Positions 1 through 8,926 of a DNA stretch of 64,000 nt are shown piece after piece. This DNA comes from an uncultured Pseudomonadota bacterium (GTDB lineage: Bacteria > BMS3Abin14): NCBI GenBank assembly GCA_964454175.1, contig CAYVSA010000001.1:9993-73992 (forward strand). The letters are read 5' to 3'. Below the pieces are notes generated by a model. The model made no database searches. It was not told the origin of the DNA and saw only the letters and a list, made by a program, of their open reading frames with translations. The translations under genes were made by a program, and so were the position numbers. The first letter of the stretch is position 1, and the number at the start of each line of letters is the position of its first letter.

Positions 1-520
1 TGCCAGGGAGATAGAGCTTCGCAGGGTGGCAGCTGCGGTCATGGAACTTGTCGTCGAAGACATCAACGGTGCCTTTATCCGAGAGGGGGTGCTCCCGTTT
101 TTCGTTGGTACTGATGACTTTAACCAGGACGACCCCTCAGACAGGGTAGCCTTCATTACTACTTCCTCGCTGCCGGTTGATCCCATGTCTTTTTCAGGGG
201 ACCTGGCCGAGGTGGAGTACTCCATTTTTGTTGACGGCGACGGAAAGAGAGCGCTCTTCAGGCGGGAGCAGTCTCCTCCCCAGACGCCTGACGAGGAAGG
301 CGGGCCTAGCCAGGAAGTGACAGCCCTGATCCGGTCCCTGAACATACGCTACTGGGACGGTTCCGGCTGGTTAGATGAGTGGGACAGCCTTGACAGTACG
401 AGCAAGAGTGCCTACGGACGGCTTCCCAGTCGTGTTGAGGTCGAGATGACCTTTATGGCCGGCGGATCCGAGGTTACTTTCAAGACGGGGGTGGCACCGC
501 CAATGGCGGCTGTTGAGTAA
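1..520 (+). CDS. Pseudopilin-like protein (type II secretion GspJ / type IV minor pilin-like), 5'-truncated at the window edge
   Basis: The reading frame is open to position 1 with no upstream stop. The C-terminal 'IRYWDGSGWLDEWDS' region resembles the conserved C-terminus of GspJ-type pseudopilins. Recalled from memory only; no search was run. Confidence 0.35.
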   Translation, partial: AREIELRRVAAAVMELVVEDINGAFIREGVLPFFVGTDDFNQDDPSDRVAFITTSSLPVDPMSFSGDLAEVEYSIFVDGDGKRALFRREQSPPQTPDEEGGPSQEVTALIRSLNIRYWDGSGWLDEWDSLDSTSKSAYGRLPSRVEVEMTFMAGGSEVTFKTGVAPPMAAVE

Positions 521-581
521 GATCAGCTCAATGTCCCAATCTCTTCTTGTTACCATAGGTGCCTTCCGCTAAACTTCAAAC

Positions 582-1700
582 ATGCCATCTTCCGACCTTC
601 CGTTATTCCACTTCGCTCAGAGCTACAAAGACTCAAATCAGTTCTATCTGACACAGTTCCTGTGCCCCGACCCCTTTGCTGTTCTTGAGCTGCCAGGGGG
701 AAGGGCAGTCGCGGCTGTCTCAGCCATGGAGCACGGCAGGGCTGAAAGGGAGTCAACCTGCGAGGCCGTCGAGGTTCTCACCCGCAGGAAGGGAGGGCCT
801 CCGGAGTCGGCCCTGACGGCTTTTCTGAAAAAGCACCGGGCAGATCGCATCCGTGTCCTGCCTTCTTTCCCGGTTGGCCTGGCAAGGTTCCTTGAGTCTG
901 AGGGTTTTTCCCTCGAAATTGATGGTACTTCCGTATCCGGCCGACGCCGGAGAAAGTCCGCCAGGGAGATAGAGCTGATCCAGAACGCCCAGAGATCCAC
1001 TGAAAGAGCAATGGAAACGGCAAGGCTGGTCCTTGCCGGATGCACCGTGAAAAAGAGCACCCTCGAGCACGATGGTCAAGTCCTGACAGCACAGCGGCTG
1101 AGGAGTATCGTAGAAGTCTTTTTGCTGGATGAAGGTTTTGAATCCATGGATACTATTACTGCGCCGGGGAAGTGCGGTGCCGATCCTCACGAAAAAGGGA
1201 TCGGGCCCATACGCGCCGGGGTGCCTATAGTAATAGACCTTTTTCCCAGGGACAAGGTCAGCAGGTATCATTCCGACATGTCCCGGACTTTCGTCGTTGG
1301 CAAGGCTTCCGGTGCGGCAAGGGAGATGCATGCGGCAGTAGCAGAAGCACAGGATGCCGCAATTGACCGTCTGAAACCTGGAGTTTCACTCGCCAGTGTA
1401 CACGATGCGGTATGTGACGTTTTCAGGGCCAGGGGATATCCTGTTCCGGGGAAGCCTGGCAAGGTTTTGAAAAGAGGCTTTCTCCACAGCACCGGTCACG
1501 GGCTCGGGCTCGATGTGCACGAAGCTCCGTCGGTATCTTCTGAAGGGGATGAGTTAAAGGCGGGGGACGTCATTACGATCGAACCCGGGCTTTACGACCG
1601 CAGGGTAGGCGGCATCCGGATAGAGGATGTGATCGCAGTCATGCCGGACGGCAGCGTGAGAAACCTGACCCGATTTGACAGGGAGCTGGAGATACTTTGA
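582..1700 (+). CDS. M24 family metallopeptidase (Xaa-Pro aminopeptidase/dipeptidase-like)
   Basis: The C-terminal pita-bread fold motifs 'HSTGHGLGLDVHE' and 'GIRIEDV' are typical of M24B. A creatinase-like N-terminal domain is present. Length is 372 aa. Confidence 0.8.
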   Translation: MPSSDLPLFHFAQSYKDSNQFYLTQFLCPDPFAVLELPGGRAVAAVSAMEHGRAERESTCEAVEVLTRRKGGPPESALTAFLKKHRADRIRVLPSFPVGLARFLESEGFSLEIDGTSVSGRRRRKSAREIELIQNAQRSTERAMETARLVLAGCTVKKSTLEHDGQVLTAQRLRSIVEVFLLDEGFESMDTITAPGKCGADPHEKGIGPIRAGVPIVIDLFPRDKVSRYHSDMSRTFVVGKASGAAREMHAAVAEAQDAAIDRLKPGVSLASVHDAVCDVFRARGYPVPGKPGKVLKRGFLHSTGHGLGLDVHEAPSVSSEGDELKAGDVITIEPGLYDRRVGGIRIEDVIAVMPDGSVRNLTRFDRELEIL

Positions 1701-2842
1701 CTCTCCCCGTTTCCCTGGTCCGATGTAAAAGTTACGACCCCGATGAAGTCAGATCAGCGGTCCGCGAGTCCCTCGAACCCCTGGGCGGCATGGCGTCCTT
1801 TGTCAGATCCGGCCAGAATGTGCTCCTTAAGCCAAACCTTCTCACACCCCAGCAATCCGACAAGGCTGTAACAACCCACCCTGAGTTCATACGCGCAGTT
1901 GCCATGGAGGCTCAGGAGGCTGGGGGACACCTGTTCCTGGGAGACAGCCCAGCGTTCGGCACGATGGGGGCAGTTTTGTCAAGGAGTGGGGTAGGACGCA
2001 TTGTAAAAGAACTTGGAATTACCGTCGTCCCCTTCAAGAACCCTGTCACCCTTGCTGTGCCTGACGGCATTTATTTTAAAACCCTGGAGATAGCAGAAGA
2101 GTCCCAGAAGTTCGATGTTCTGATAAATCTCCCCAAGTTGAAGACCCACACGCTGATGCTCCTGACCCTGGCGGTCAAGAACCTCTTCGGCACGGTGGTG
2201 GGCGTTTCGAAAACAGGCTGGCACCTCAGGGCGAAAGACGACTGGCGCTTTGCCGACCTGCTTCTTGACGTCGCGAGGCTGGCAGGACCGGACTTGAACA
2301 TCCTGGACGGGATACTGGGCATGGAGGGCAACGGACCCAACTCCGGCGATCCTGCGTGGACCAGTATAGTGGCCGCCTCCCCGTCAGCAATAGCCCTTGA
2401 CCAGGTCGTTGCCTCTGCCCTGGGGGCTGGTCCGGAAAAATTCATGGTCCTGGCTCGCGCTCAGAAGCAGGGCCTTGAGGGCTCTATGCCGGAGCAGGTC
2501 AAGGTCATCGGGCTTCCGGCCGGGGAGGCAGTTGCGGCTGACTTCAGACTTCCCGATACCGCCAGGAGTGTGGATTTTATGATCCCGTCCTTTATCCGGG
2601 GAAGGATGAGGCAGTCCCTGTCATCCTATCCCATGCTGGATCCCGGCAGATGCACATCCTGCGGCGCCTGCAGGGACACCTGTCCGGTGAGCGCTATCAG
2701 TCTGCACGATGGCGGGGGTGGCGATGTGGATCGGAGCCTGTGCATAAGCTGTTTCTGCTGTCAGGAGATCTGCCCGGAATGGGCCATCGATCCTGTGGAC
2801 GGCAAGATGTTGAAGATAATGAAGAAGATGGGGATCGCGTAA
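1697..2842 (+). CDS. DUF362 domain protein with C-terminal 2x[4Fe-4S] ferredoxin domain
   Basis: The N-terminus 'VRCKSYDPDEV...NVLLKPNLL' is typical of DUF362. There are two CxxCxxCxxxCP motifs (CTSCGACRDTCP, CISCFCCQEICP). It overlaps the upstream gene by 4 bp (ATGA). Confidence 0.6.
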   Translation: MTLPVSLVRCKSYDPDEVRSAVRESLEPLGGMASFVRSGQNVLLKPNLLTPQQSDKAVTTHPEFIRAVAMEAQEAGGHLFLGDSPAFGTMGAVLSRSGVGRIVKELGITVVPFKNPVTLAVPDGIYFKTLEIAEESQKFDVLINLPKLKTHTLMLLTLAVKNLFGTVVGVSKTGWHLRAKDDWRFADLLLDVARLAGPDLNILDGILGMEGNGPNSGDPAWTSIVAASPSAIALDQVVASALGAGPEKFMVLARAQKQGLEGSMPEQVKVIGLPAGEAVAADFRLPDTARSVDFMIPSFIRGRMRQSLSSYPMLDPGRCTSCGACRDTCPVSAISLHDGGGGDVDRSLCISCFCCQEICPEWAIDPVDGKMLKIMKKMGIA

Positions 2843-2956
2843 TTTGACAGTTGAAAGTAAAAAATGGCTGACGTTTAACTTTTTAACCTTCAACCTCCGG
2901 CACGACTTAATTCCTAATGCTAGAATTTCCAATTTCCAAGGCTGAAGCTGGCGGCT

Positions 2957-3973
2957 TCAGCCCCCAATATGGCTCATTGTCCTGGAACAGGGCGGCGCGA
3001 AACCAGCGCCGTTGATGTGATGCCCTTCCGGTTTGGTTACAAGGGCGGTCTTGATGGCACTTAGCACCGCCTGGTCGCTGCAGCCCTCTCTCATCAGGGA
3101 AAGAAGATCGGTTTCGGCGTCCGAAAAAAGGCAGGTCCTCAAAAAACCGTCTGAAGTGAGCCTCACCCGGTTACACTGCACGCAGAACTCAGATGATATG
3201 GGAGTTATGAATCCCAGAGTTCCCAGATGTCCGGGTACCTGGTACCTCTGGGCAGGTCCGGCCCCCCGGCCCTTCCCCAGGGAGATCAGGTCGTATTCCG
3301 TTTTGATCCTGGCTGCAGCCTCTTTAGCGGTAAATACCCTGTCCGCAGACCAGAACCCGTTTGCCCCCAGGGGCATGAACTCAATGAAACGAACTTCGTA
3401 CTCCTCGTCGCGAGTCATGGCAACAAAGTCCATGAGTTCATCGTCGTTAAAGCCCCTCATCAGCACCACGTTGATCTTCACAGGGGTAAGGCCGGCCTCA
3501 GAGGCTGTTCGAATGCCCTCAAGGACCCGTGAGAGTCTTATGGCGGTTCCTGGGTCGTTCCTGTGGGTAATCCACCCGAATCTGTCATCTTTGAGGGTGT
3601 CCAGGCTAACATTTACCCTGGATAGGCCAGCTGCCTTGAGGGATAAAGCTCTCTGGGCGAGGAGGGTGCCGTTTGTGGTGAGGCTGAGATCTGATATCCC
3701 CGGTAATTTTGCCAGTGACCCAACGAGGCGCTCCAGGTGTTTTCTCACTAGAGGCTCACCGCCGGTAATGCGGACGCTGGAAACCCCTCGTTCACCCAGG
3801 ACCGCTACTATTCGTTCGATCTCCTCGTAGGTCATTATCTGCCCGTGGGCCAGATCTACGAAGTTATCCGGCGGGATGCAGTAAAGGCATCTCAGGTTGC
3901 ACCGGTCTGTCACCGATACCCTGACGTACTTTATTGGTCTGTTAAAACTGTCTAGCAATCGTTCACTGGTCAT
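2957..3973 (-). CDS. moaA: GTP 3',8-cyclase MoaA (radical SAM, molybdenum cofactor biosynthesis)
   Basis: It has the 'CNLRCLYC' radical-SAM cluster motif and a MoaA-like C-terminal cluster (CVQCNRVRLTSDG). I place the start at the internal Met 'MTSERLL' (ATG at 3971-3973). The 49 in-frame upstream codons overlap a structured leader and are not called coding. Confidence 0.9.
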   Translation of the reverse strand: MTSERLLDSFNRPIKYVRVSVTDRCNLRCLYCIPPDNFVDLAHGQIMTYEEIERIVAVLGERGVSSVRITGGEPLVRKHLERLVGSLAKLPGISDLSLTTNGTLLAQRALSLKAAGLSRVNVSLDTLKDDRFGWITHRNDPGTAIRLSRVLEGIRTASEAGLTPVKINVVLMRGFNDDELMDFVAMTRDEEYEVRFIEFMPLGANGFWSADRVFTAKEAAARIKTEYDLISLGKGRGAGPAQRYQVPGHLGTLGFITPISSEFCVQCNRVRLTSDGFLRTCLFSDAETDLLSLMREGCSDQAVLSAIKTALVTKPEGHHINGAGFAPPCSRTMSHIGG

Positions 3974-4138
3974 AGAATACAAAAAGGCTCGCTTCTGGCG
4001 AGCCCGGCCGCATAAGGACCTCTCCTTTCCAAAAACGGGAGGCCCATCCGTTTCCAGATGAACCCGTCGGCCGCTGACCGTAGGCTTGTCCGTTAGGCGC
4101 GCGGCTCGGAGAGCATGCATGAACTTAACAGAAATACC
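3974..4138 (-). ncRNA. Candidate Moco (molybdenum cofactor) riboswitch in the moaA leader
   Basis: The minus-strand leader contains 'CUCUCCGAGCC', 'CCUACGG' and 'GGAAAGGAGAGG' elements reminiscent of the Moco RNA motif. A terminator expression platform sits immediately 5' of the moaA ATG. Moco riboswitches classically precede moaA. The motif is recalled from memory, not scanned. Confidence 0.35.
3976..4004 (-). terminator. Intrinsic terminator hairpin (GGCUCGC-cagaa-GCGAGCC + UUUUU), about 10 nt upstream of the moaA start
   Basis: A perfect 7-bp GC-rich stem (3986-4004 on +) is followed on the minus strand by a U5 tract. It lies between the MshEN gene and moaA, with no room for a promoter downstream of it. 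Confidence 0.6.
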
Positions 4139-5200
4139 CTACAGCATCAATATCTTGCTTTTCAGGATGAGTATCTCGAAGGCGATAGAGGCCTTTCGCA
4201 TTATCCGGACAAGAAACTCCAGGTCATCTTCTCCGGGTTCGTTTTTCCAGGAGAAACCTACGATCGCAGCCACCGTGCGTTTCCTGAGAACGAGGGGGCA
4301 GACTGTTATCTCCGCAGGCGGGGAGGAGGACAGGTTGGCCAGCCACGGGTTGGTGCTGTACAGGTCCTTGCCACTCCCCCTGAAAACACTCCTTGATTCC
4401 TGAATAAGGCTCAGGATGTTATGGGGCTCCAGATCGATCTTCCATGAACCGAAATCTCCTCCAGGCTTCACCTTGCCTCCGGACATCCAGCCCTGCGCCT
4501 GATTCCCCTTTAAAAGAAACATGAACACGTCGTCAAGGACCTGCAGGCTGCCGCTCACTACCGTGTGAGCCACATCGTTCCTGTTAGATATCTCCATGAA
4601 TGACCTGGTGATATCCTCCAGCATCGCGGCATCTTCTTCAAGGATATCGTGAGCTTCAAGATCGTGGATCTCTTCAGGTTCATCCCCGGTTTTTTTCACG
4701 CGTTTTGGCGTGTGTGATGGAACCGCGATATAACGGGCTTCACTTTTTATGTTGTAGTACCTGTCCAGTGCCTGTGTGATCCGCAGTTCGCTCGCCACCG
4801 CCGATTTGATCACACAGTCGGTCCTGAAAGAGACCTCGTCGACTACGTCCAGCCTGGTCGGGTCTCGCATGGCCAGGACGATACGTTTTCCTTCTTTTTT
4901 TAGAGGAATTATCCGGTGCTGTTCGATAAGATCCCTGGGGACGCAATCCAGTATGTTCTGGGTGATGTTTTCAAAGTGGTGTGCTTCTGCAAAGGGGACG
5001 TTGTGCTGCGAGGCAAGCTCTTTGAGGAGGGTTTCCTCATCCACGGCACCCATCTCCAGGAGATTTGTTCCAAGCCTCCCCCCAAAGATCACCTGTCTTT
5101 GAAGTGCCTCTTCCAGAATGTCCATGGTGATGATGCCATGGTCCAGAAGCAGACTACCCAGGTTCTTCTTCATCAGGTGTGTCCTCACCTTCATCGACAA
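4139..5200 (-). CDS. MshEN / T2SSE_N domain protein (putative c-di-GMP receptor) with an uncharacterised C-terminal domain
   Basis: The N-terminus carries two tandem MshEN c-di-GMP-binding motifs: 'KNLGSLLLDHGIITMDILEEALQRQ' and 'RLGTNLLEMGAVDEETLLKELASQ'. There is no ATPase domain. Confidence 0.55.
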   Translation of the reverse strand: MSMKVRTHLMKKNLGSLLLDHGIITMDILEEALQRQVIFGGRLGTNLLEMGAVDEETLLKELASQHNVPFAEAHHFENITQNILDCVPRDLIEQHRIIPLKKEGKRIVLAMRDPTRLDVVDEVSFRTDCVIKSAVASELRITQALDRYYNIKSEARYIAVPSHTPKRVKKTGDEPEEIHDLEAHDILEEDAAMLEDITRSFMEISNRNDVAHTVVSGSLQVLDDVFMFLLKGNQAQGWMSGGKVKPGGDFGSWKIDLEPHNILSLIQESRSVFRGSGKDLYSTNPWLANLSSSPPAEITVCPLVLRKRTVAAIVGFSWKNEPGEDDLEFLVRIMRKASIAFEILILKSKILML

Positions 5201-5921
5201 GAGGTTTGCGGCCGAAAACTTTGGCCACCTGCACGCTCACCTCGAAAAGGATGAGCAGCGGACCTGCCATCATCATTTGCGTTGCGATATCCGGCGGCGT
5301 CAAGGCCGCGGACAAAACAAATACGATGACGATGGCATAGCGCCTGTTTTTTGCCAGTGATTCATATGATAATAGACCGATCCTGGAAAAGAAATAGGAT
5401 ATAAGGGGCAGCTCAAACACCAGCCCGAAGGCAATAAGCAGCTTTGTGGCAAAGGTGAAATACTCCCTGACCGATGGAAAGGGGCGTATCCCCTCGTTGG
5501 CAAATCCCATGAAGAATTTGAAACCGAAAGGAAATACAACGAAGTAACCGAACATGGATCCTGTTACGAAAAAGATCGTGGAGAAAATTACGAAGGGAAT
5601 AACGACAGTTTTTTCTTTCTTGTACAGGCCCGGTGCTACAAAAGCCCAGAACTGGTAGAATATCACCGGCAGTGCGAGGAATATCCCGGCCAGCAGCGAC
5701 ACCTTCAGGTAGGTAAAAAACGCCTCGGCAACACCGGTAAAGATCATCCACGAGTTCTTCTCCGGCAGACTGGCCAGCAGGGGGATCGCTATTAACTCGA
5801 AGATACGGTCCTTGAAGGCGTAGCAGCCGAGAAACCCGACCCCGACCGCAATGACGCAGATAATGAGGCGCCGCCGCAGCTCTTCCAGATGGGAGGAGAA
5901 GGGAAGCCGTTGTTCAGACAT
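5154..5921 (-). CDS. tatC: Twin-arginine translocase subunit TatC
   Basis: It is polytopic with TatC-like 'SHLEELRRRL' and 'PGLYKKEK' motifs. I place the start at the internal Met (MSEQRLPF), which overlaps tatA by a few nt. Confidence 0.85.
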   Translation of the reverse strand: MSEQRLPFSSHLEELRRRLIICVIAVGVGFLGCYAFKDRIFELIAIPLLASLPEKNSWMIFTGVAEAFFTYLKVSLLAGIFLALPVIFYQFWAFVAPGLYKKEKTVVIPFVIFSTIFFVTGSMFGYFVVFPFGFKFFMGFANEGIRPFPSVREYFTFATKLLIAFGLVFELPLISYFFSRIGLLSYESLAKNRRYAIVIVFVLSAALTPPDIATQMMMAGPLLILFEVSVQVAKVFGRKPLVDEGEDTPDEEEPG

Positions 5922-6288
5922 CCCTGTCTTCGTCATCCGCTATGCCGCCCTCGATCTCTTCGGGTGAGTATGTGAGCTCAGGTTCTGTGTCAGGGTCGCT
6001 GGGAACGTCCCCGGCTGGCTTCAGGTCCGTCTGTTCGGTGGTAGTGTCGGAACCCTCCTGGTCCTGCTCGCCATCCGGGATGAGATGAGGGTATTTTTCG
6101 GCCAGATCCTTGCGGTGCTCCTTTTCAAGGTCTACCCTGACTGAATCCTGAAAGTCGTCCGTGGCCTTTTTAAACTCGGCAAGTCCTTTACCGAGATGCC
6201 TGGCAAGCTCGGGAAGGCGTTTGGGACCGATCACAATGAGAGCGACCACCAGGATAACCAGTATTTCGGGCATACCTATGCCGAACAT
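5914..6288 (-). CDS. tatA: Sec-independent translocase TatA/TatB family protein
   Basis: The N-terminus 'MFGIGMPEILVILVVALIVIGPKRLPELARHLGKGLAEFKKA' is the canonical TatA/B TM + amphipathic helix. It has an acidic C-terminal tail. Confidence 0.8.
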   Translation of the reverse strand: MFGIGMPEILVILVVALIVIGPKRLPELARHLGKGLAEFKKATDDFQDSVRVDLEKEHRKDLAEKYPHLIPDGEQDQEGSDTTTEQTDLKPAGDVPSDPDTEPELTYSPEEIEGGIADDEDRDV

Positions 6289-6436
6289 TCTATCTCTCCG
6301 TTGGGAAAAATCTCCTAAACCTCTTTGATGTAAAGGATTTATATGTTATTTAGAAAACCCTGTCAACGAAAGGTGCCAGGGATCGGTTGATGGCTGGGCG
6401 GGACATCCTGCGAGCCGGAAGCGTTGGCGATAACTT

Positions 6437-7372
6437 GTGAGGAAGCTTGAGATGCATGACGAAAAAACAAAGGCGAGGATCAGGGAACTCCTGAAGGAAC
6501 GAAATGCTGTAATGCTGGCGCACAATTATCAGCGGGATGATATCCAGGAGATTGCAGACCATACAGGTGATTCTCTCGGGCTTTCACAGCTGGCCGCCAA
6601 GTCAGATGCCGAGGTGATAGTCTTTTGCGGCGTCCACTTCATGGCCGAGTCAGCCGCAATACTTGCTCCAGACCGAACGGTGCTCTTGCCGCGCCACGAA
6701 GCAGGGTGCCCCATGGCCGACATGATCGACCCGGAAGGCGTCCGATCCATGCGCCAGCGTTATCCCGGGGGAACTGTCATTGCCTACGTGAACACATCTG
6801 CTGCTGTGAAGGCTGAAAGTGACATATGCTGCACCTCGGCCAATGCTGTAAGGGTGGCCGAATCCCTTCCCGTGGAAGGTGCCCCCCTGATCATGGTCCC
6901 TGACATGAACCTGGCACAGTACATCGCATCTCAGGTTGATAGAGAGGTGGTCTGGTGGGAGGGTTACTGCCCCATTCACAATGCCTACGGTGCGGAGGAT
7001 GTGCTCAAAGTAAAAGAACGTCACCCTGACGCGGTGTTTGCGGCCCATCCGGAGTGCAGGCCAGAGGTTCTTGAGCTGGCGGACCACATAACGAGTACTT
7101 CGGGAATGTACAGGTTTGCCAGGGAAACTTCTGCAGAGGAGATCATTGTTGGCACAGAAAAGGGCGTCCTGTACCGTATGAGACTGGAAAGCCCGGGAAA
7201 AACCTTTATTCCCCTTTCCGAGAACATGATCTGCCCCAACATGAAGCTGACAACCCTGAAAGATGTAATGGATGCTCTGGAAACCATGGCTCCGGTCGTC
7301 ACGGTCCAGGAAGACATACGGCTCAAAGCCGTCATGGCCCTTGAAAGGATGCTGGCAGTGCCGAGGGACTGA
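6437..7372 (+). CDS. nadA: Quinolinate synthase NadA
   Basis: It has the conserved 'MLAHNYQ', 'VHFMAESA' and 'CCTSANA' regions of NadA. Length is 311 aa. Confidence 0.9.
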   Translation: MRKLEMHDEKTKARIRELLKERNAVMLAHNYQRDDIQEIADHTGDSLGLSQLAAKSDAEVIVFCGVHFMAESAAILAPDRTVLLPRHEAGCPMADMIDPEGVRSMRQRYPGGTVIAYVNTSAAVKAESDICCTSANAVRVAESLPVEGAPLIMVPDMNLAQYIASQVDREVVWWEGYCPIHNAYGAEDVLKVKERHPDAVFAAHPECRPEVLELADHITSTSGMYRFARETSAEEIIVGTEKGVLYRMRLESPGKTFIPLSENMICPNMKLTTLKDVMDALETMAPVVTVQEDIRLKAVMALERMLAVPRD

Positions 7373-7440
7373 ATTGCAGTGAGGGTCCCATGGCCCAGGT
7401 CCCACGCCCCACGAAAAAAATCTATCAGAAAAAAATCAGA

Positions 7441-7490
7441 AAAATGCCTGCCGTAGAAAAACCTCCGGCAGGCATTTTATTGGAGTATTG
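7441..7490. terminator. Bidirectional rho-independent terminator between the convergent nadA and moaC
   Basis: 'AAAATGCCTGCCG-n12-CGGCAGGCATTTT' forms a 13-bp stem flanked by T-runs on both strands. Confidence 0.6.
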
Positions 7491-7538
7491 AAAATTAAAT
7501 TTTGGATATTGGACATTTGATATTTCTGCCCTGGTGTT

Positions 7539-8018
7539 CTATTTAGCCCTGTACACTCCGCTCTTGCCGCCATCCTTGAAAGTCAGCCTGACGTTCTGAA
7601 TCCGCATGCCCTTGTCAACCGACTTCAGCATGTCGTAGATCGTGAGAGCAGAGACAGCTACTGCGGTGAGGGCCTCCATCTCCACGCCGGTCCTCCCTGT
7701 AGTGGATGCGGCTGCTTCTATCCTGATGCCGGGAAGAGATTCGTCCGGTTCAAGCTCAACCCTGAGTGAGTTCAACGGTATGGGGTGGGTAAGGGGTATC
7801 AGGTCAGATGTTTTTTTCCCGCCAGAAATTCCCGCGATACGGGCAGCAGCAAAGACATCTCCCTTCGGTACCTGACCGTCAAGGACCGACCTGAGAGTCT
7901 CGGGCAGGGTCACAACCTCACCACGGGCAATTGCAGTACGTCTTGTCTCGTCCTTGCCGCCGACATCCACCATTCGGGCCTGTCCAGAACCGTCCAGATG
8001 GGTGAGTTTGCGGCTCAA
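7539..8018 (-). CDS. moaC: Cyclic pyranopterin monophosphate synthase MoaC
   Basis: 'MVDVGGK...TRRTA' and '[20 protein letters not shown]' are the MoaC signature. Length is 159 aa. Confidence 0.9.
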   Translation of the reverse strand: MSRKLTHLDGSGQARMVDVGGKDETRRTAIARGEVVTLPETLRSVLDGQVPKGDVFAAARIAGISGGKKTSDLIPLTHPIPLNSLRVELEPDESLPGIRIEAAASTTGRTGVEMEALTAVAVSALTIYDMLKSVDKGMRIQNVRLTFKDGGKSGVYRAK

Positions 8019-8019
8019 T

Positions 8020-8388
8020 TTACTCTTCCTCAGAGAGAAACTCTGTTATGATGAGAAGGTCTTCATCGGCGACCTGATCGAATCGAATGCCGAGCCCGAA
8101 GTGACCGTTTTCGAGCTCTCTCTGGTGAATTATTGCCCCGCGTGCCTTGATTATATTATCCTGAATTCCAAGGGTAAGCTCGACTTCTCTGGCGGTGGAG
8201 GGGAGAGGGTTGGGGATCTCCAGCATGATGCCTCCCTCTGAGAGGTCGAGGGTCCGGCCGGCTGTTTCGAGGTCAACGTGCCCTTCCGGAGCGTAGTGTG
8301 AAAACGATACCAGGTTGACGGTCTCGAGACGCTTTAGCCTTGGTTTGAGCTCCTTTTTGGTCACTAACGAACCTCCTTGGTGAGCCAA
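8020..8388 (-). CDS. PilZ domain protein (c-di-GMP binding)
   Basis: It has the 'DLSEGGIML' (DxSxGG) motif and an upstream R-rich 'PRLKRLE' segment. Its start lies 1 bp from the moaC stop. Confidence 0.55.
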   Translation of the reverse strand: MAHQGGSLVTKKELKPRLKRLETVNLVSFSHYAPEGHVDLETAGRTLDLSEGGIMLEIPNPLPSTAREVELTLGIQDNIIKARGAIIHQRELENGHFGLGIRFDQVADEDLLIITEFLSEEE

Positions 8389-8528
8389 CCGTTAGCATAT
8401 TTCCTTAACTATTGCAATTGGTTTGCCGGTTATCTTTGACATTTCATCTGACCTTATTCTATATTCAGATGATTTACCGGCAAAGTTGCGTAATACAGGA
8501 AACTTTCTTCGATGCGGTGACCCGTTAT

Positions 8529-8924
8529 ATGGATGAGTTCAAGATAGTTACGAGAAAAAGGGAAGAGCTCATCGACATCACCGCCAGTGTTGCCGACATC
8601 CTCTCCTCCGCCGGCGTATCTTCTGGAATTTGTGTCCTGTACTGTCCCCACACTACTGCGGCCATTACGATAAACGAAGGAGCGGATCCGGATGTTGCGT
8701 CGGATATTATCATCGGCCTGGCCCGGCTGGTTCCGTCCACCTGGCCATTTGCACATCTGGAGGGCAACTCTGACGCACACTTGAAAGCGAGCCTGGTGGG
8801 CCCCTCCCAGACAGTGATGATCAGAGAAAACGAACCTGTCCTTGGTACATGGCAGAGGATTTTTTTCTGTGAGTTCGACGGTCCCCGCACCAGGTCCGTC
8901 CTGGTTAAAATAGTAGAGGGCTGA
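8529..8924 (+). CDS. YjbQ / UPF0047 family protein (secondary thiamine-phosphate synthase-like)
   Basis: 'TASVADIL...GICVLYCPHTTAAITINE...HLKASLVGPSQTV' matches the YjbQ family. I place the start at the internal ATG at 8529; the upstream in-frame extension looks non-coding. Confidence 0.7.
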   Translation: MDEFKIVTRKREELIDITASVADILSSAGVSSGICVLYCPHTTAAITINEGADPDVASDIIIGLARLVPSTWPFAHLEGNSDAHLKASLVGPSQTVMIRENEPVLGTWQRIFFCEFDGPRTRSVLVKIVEG

Positions 8925-8926
8925 GA

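Noticed and set aside
3033-3830. 265-aa ORF antisense to moaA
   Set aside because: It is opposite the radical-SAM MoaA gene, Ser/Arg-rich and low-complexity, and is a spurious ORF.
4086-4120. In-frame N-terminal extension of moaA (start at 4120), and likewise of mfd (start at 16723)
   Set aside because: For moaA, the extension covers the structured leader and terminator, and the conserved N-terminus begins at Met 3973. For mfd, the extension overlaps the hldE-II coding sequence; using the internal Met gives a 1-bp junction.
6650-7405. 251-aa ORF antisense to nadA
   Set aside because: It overlaps the well-supported nadA gene on the opposite strand and has no conserved features. It is a high-GC artefact.
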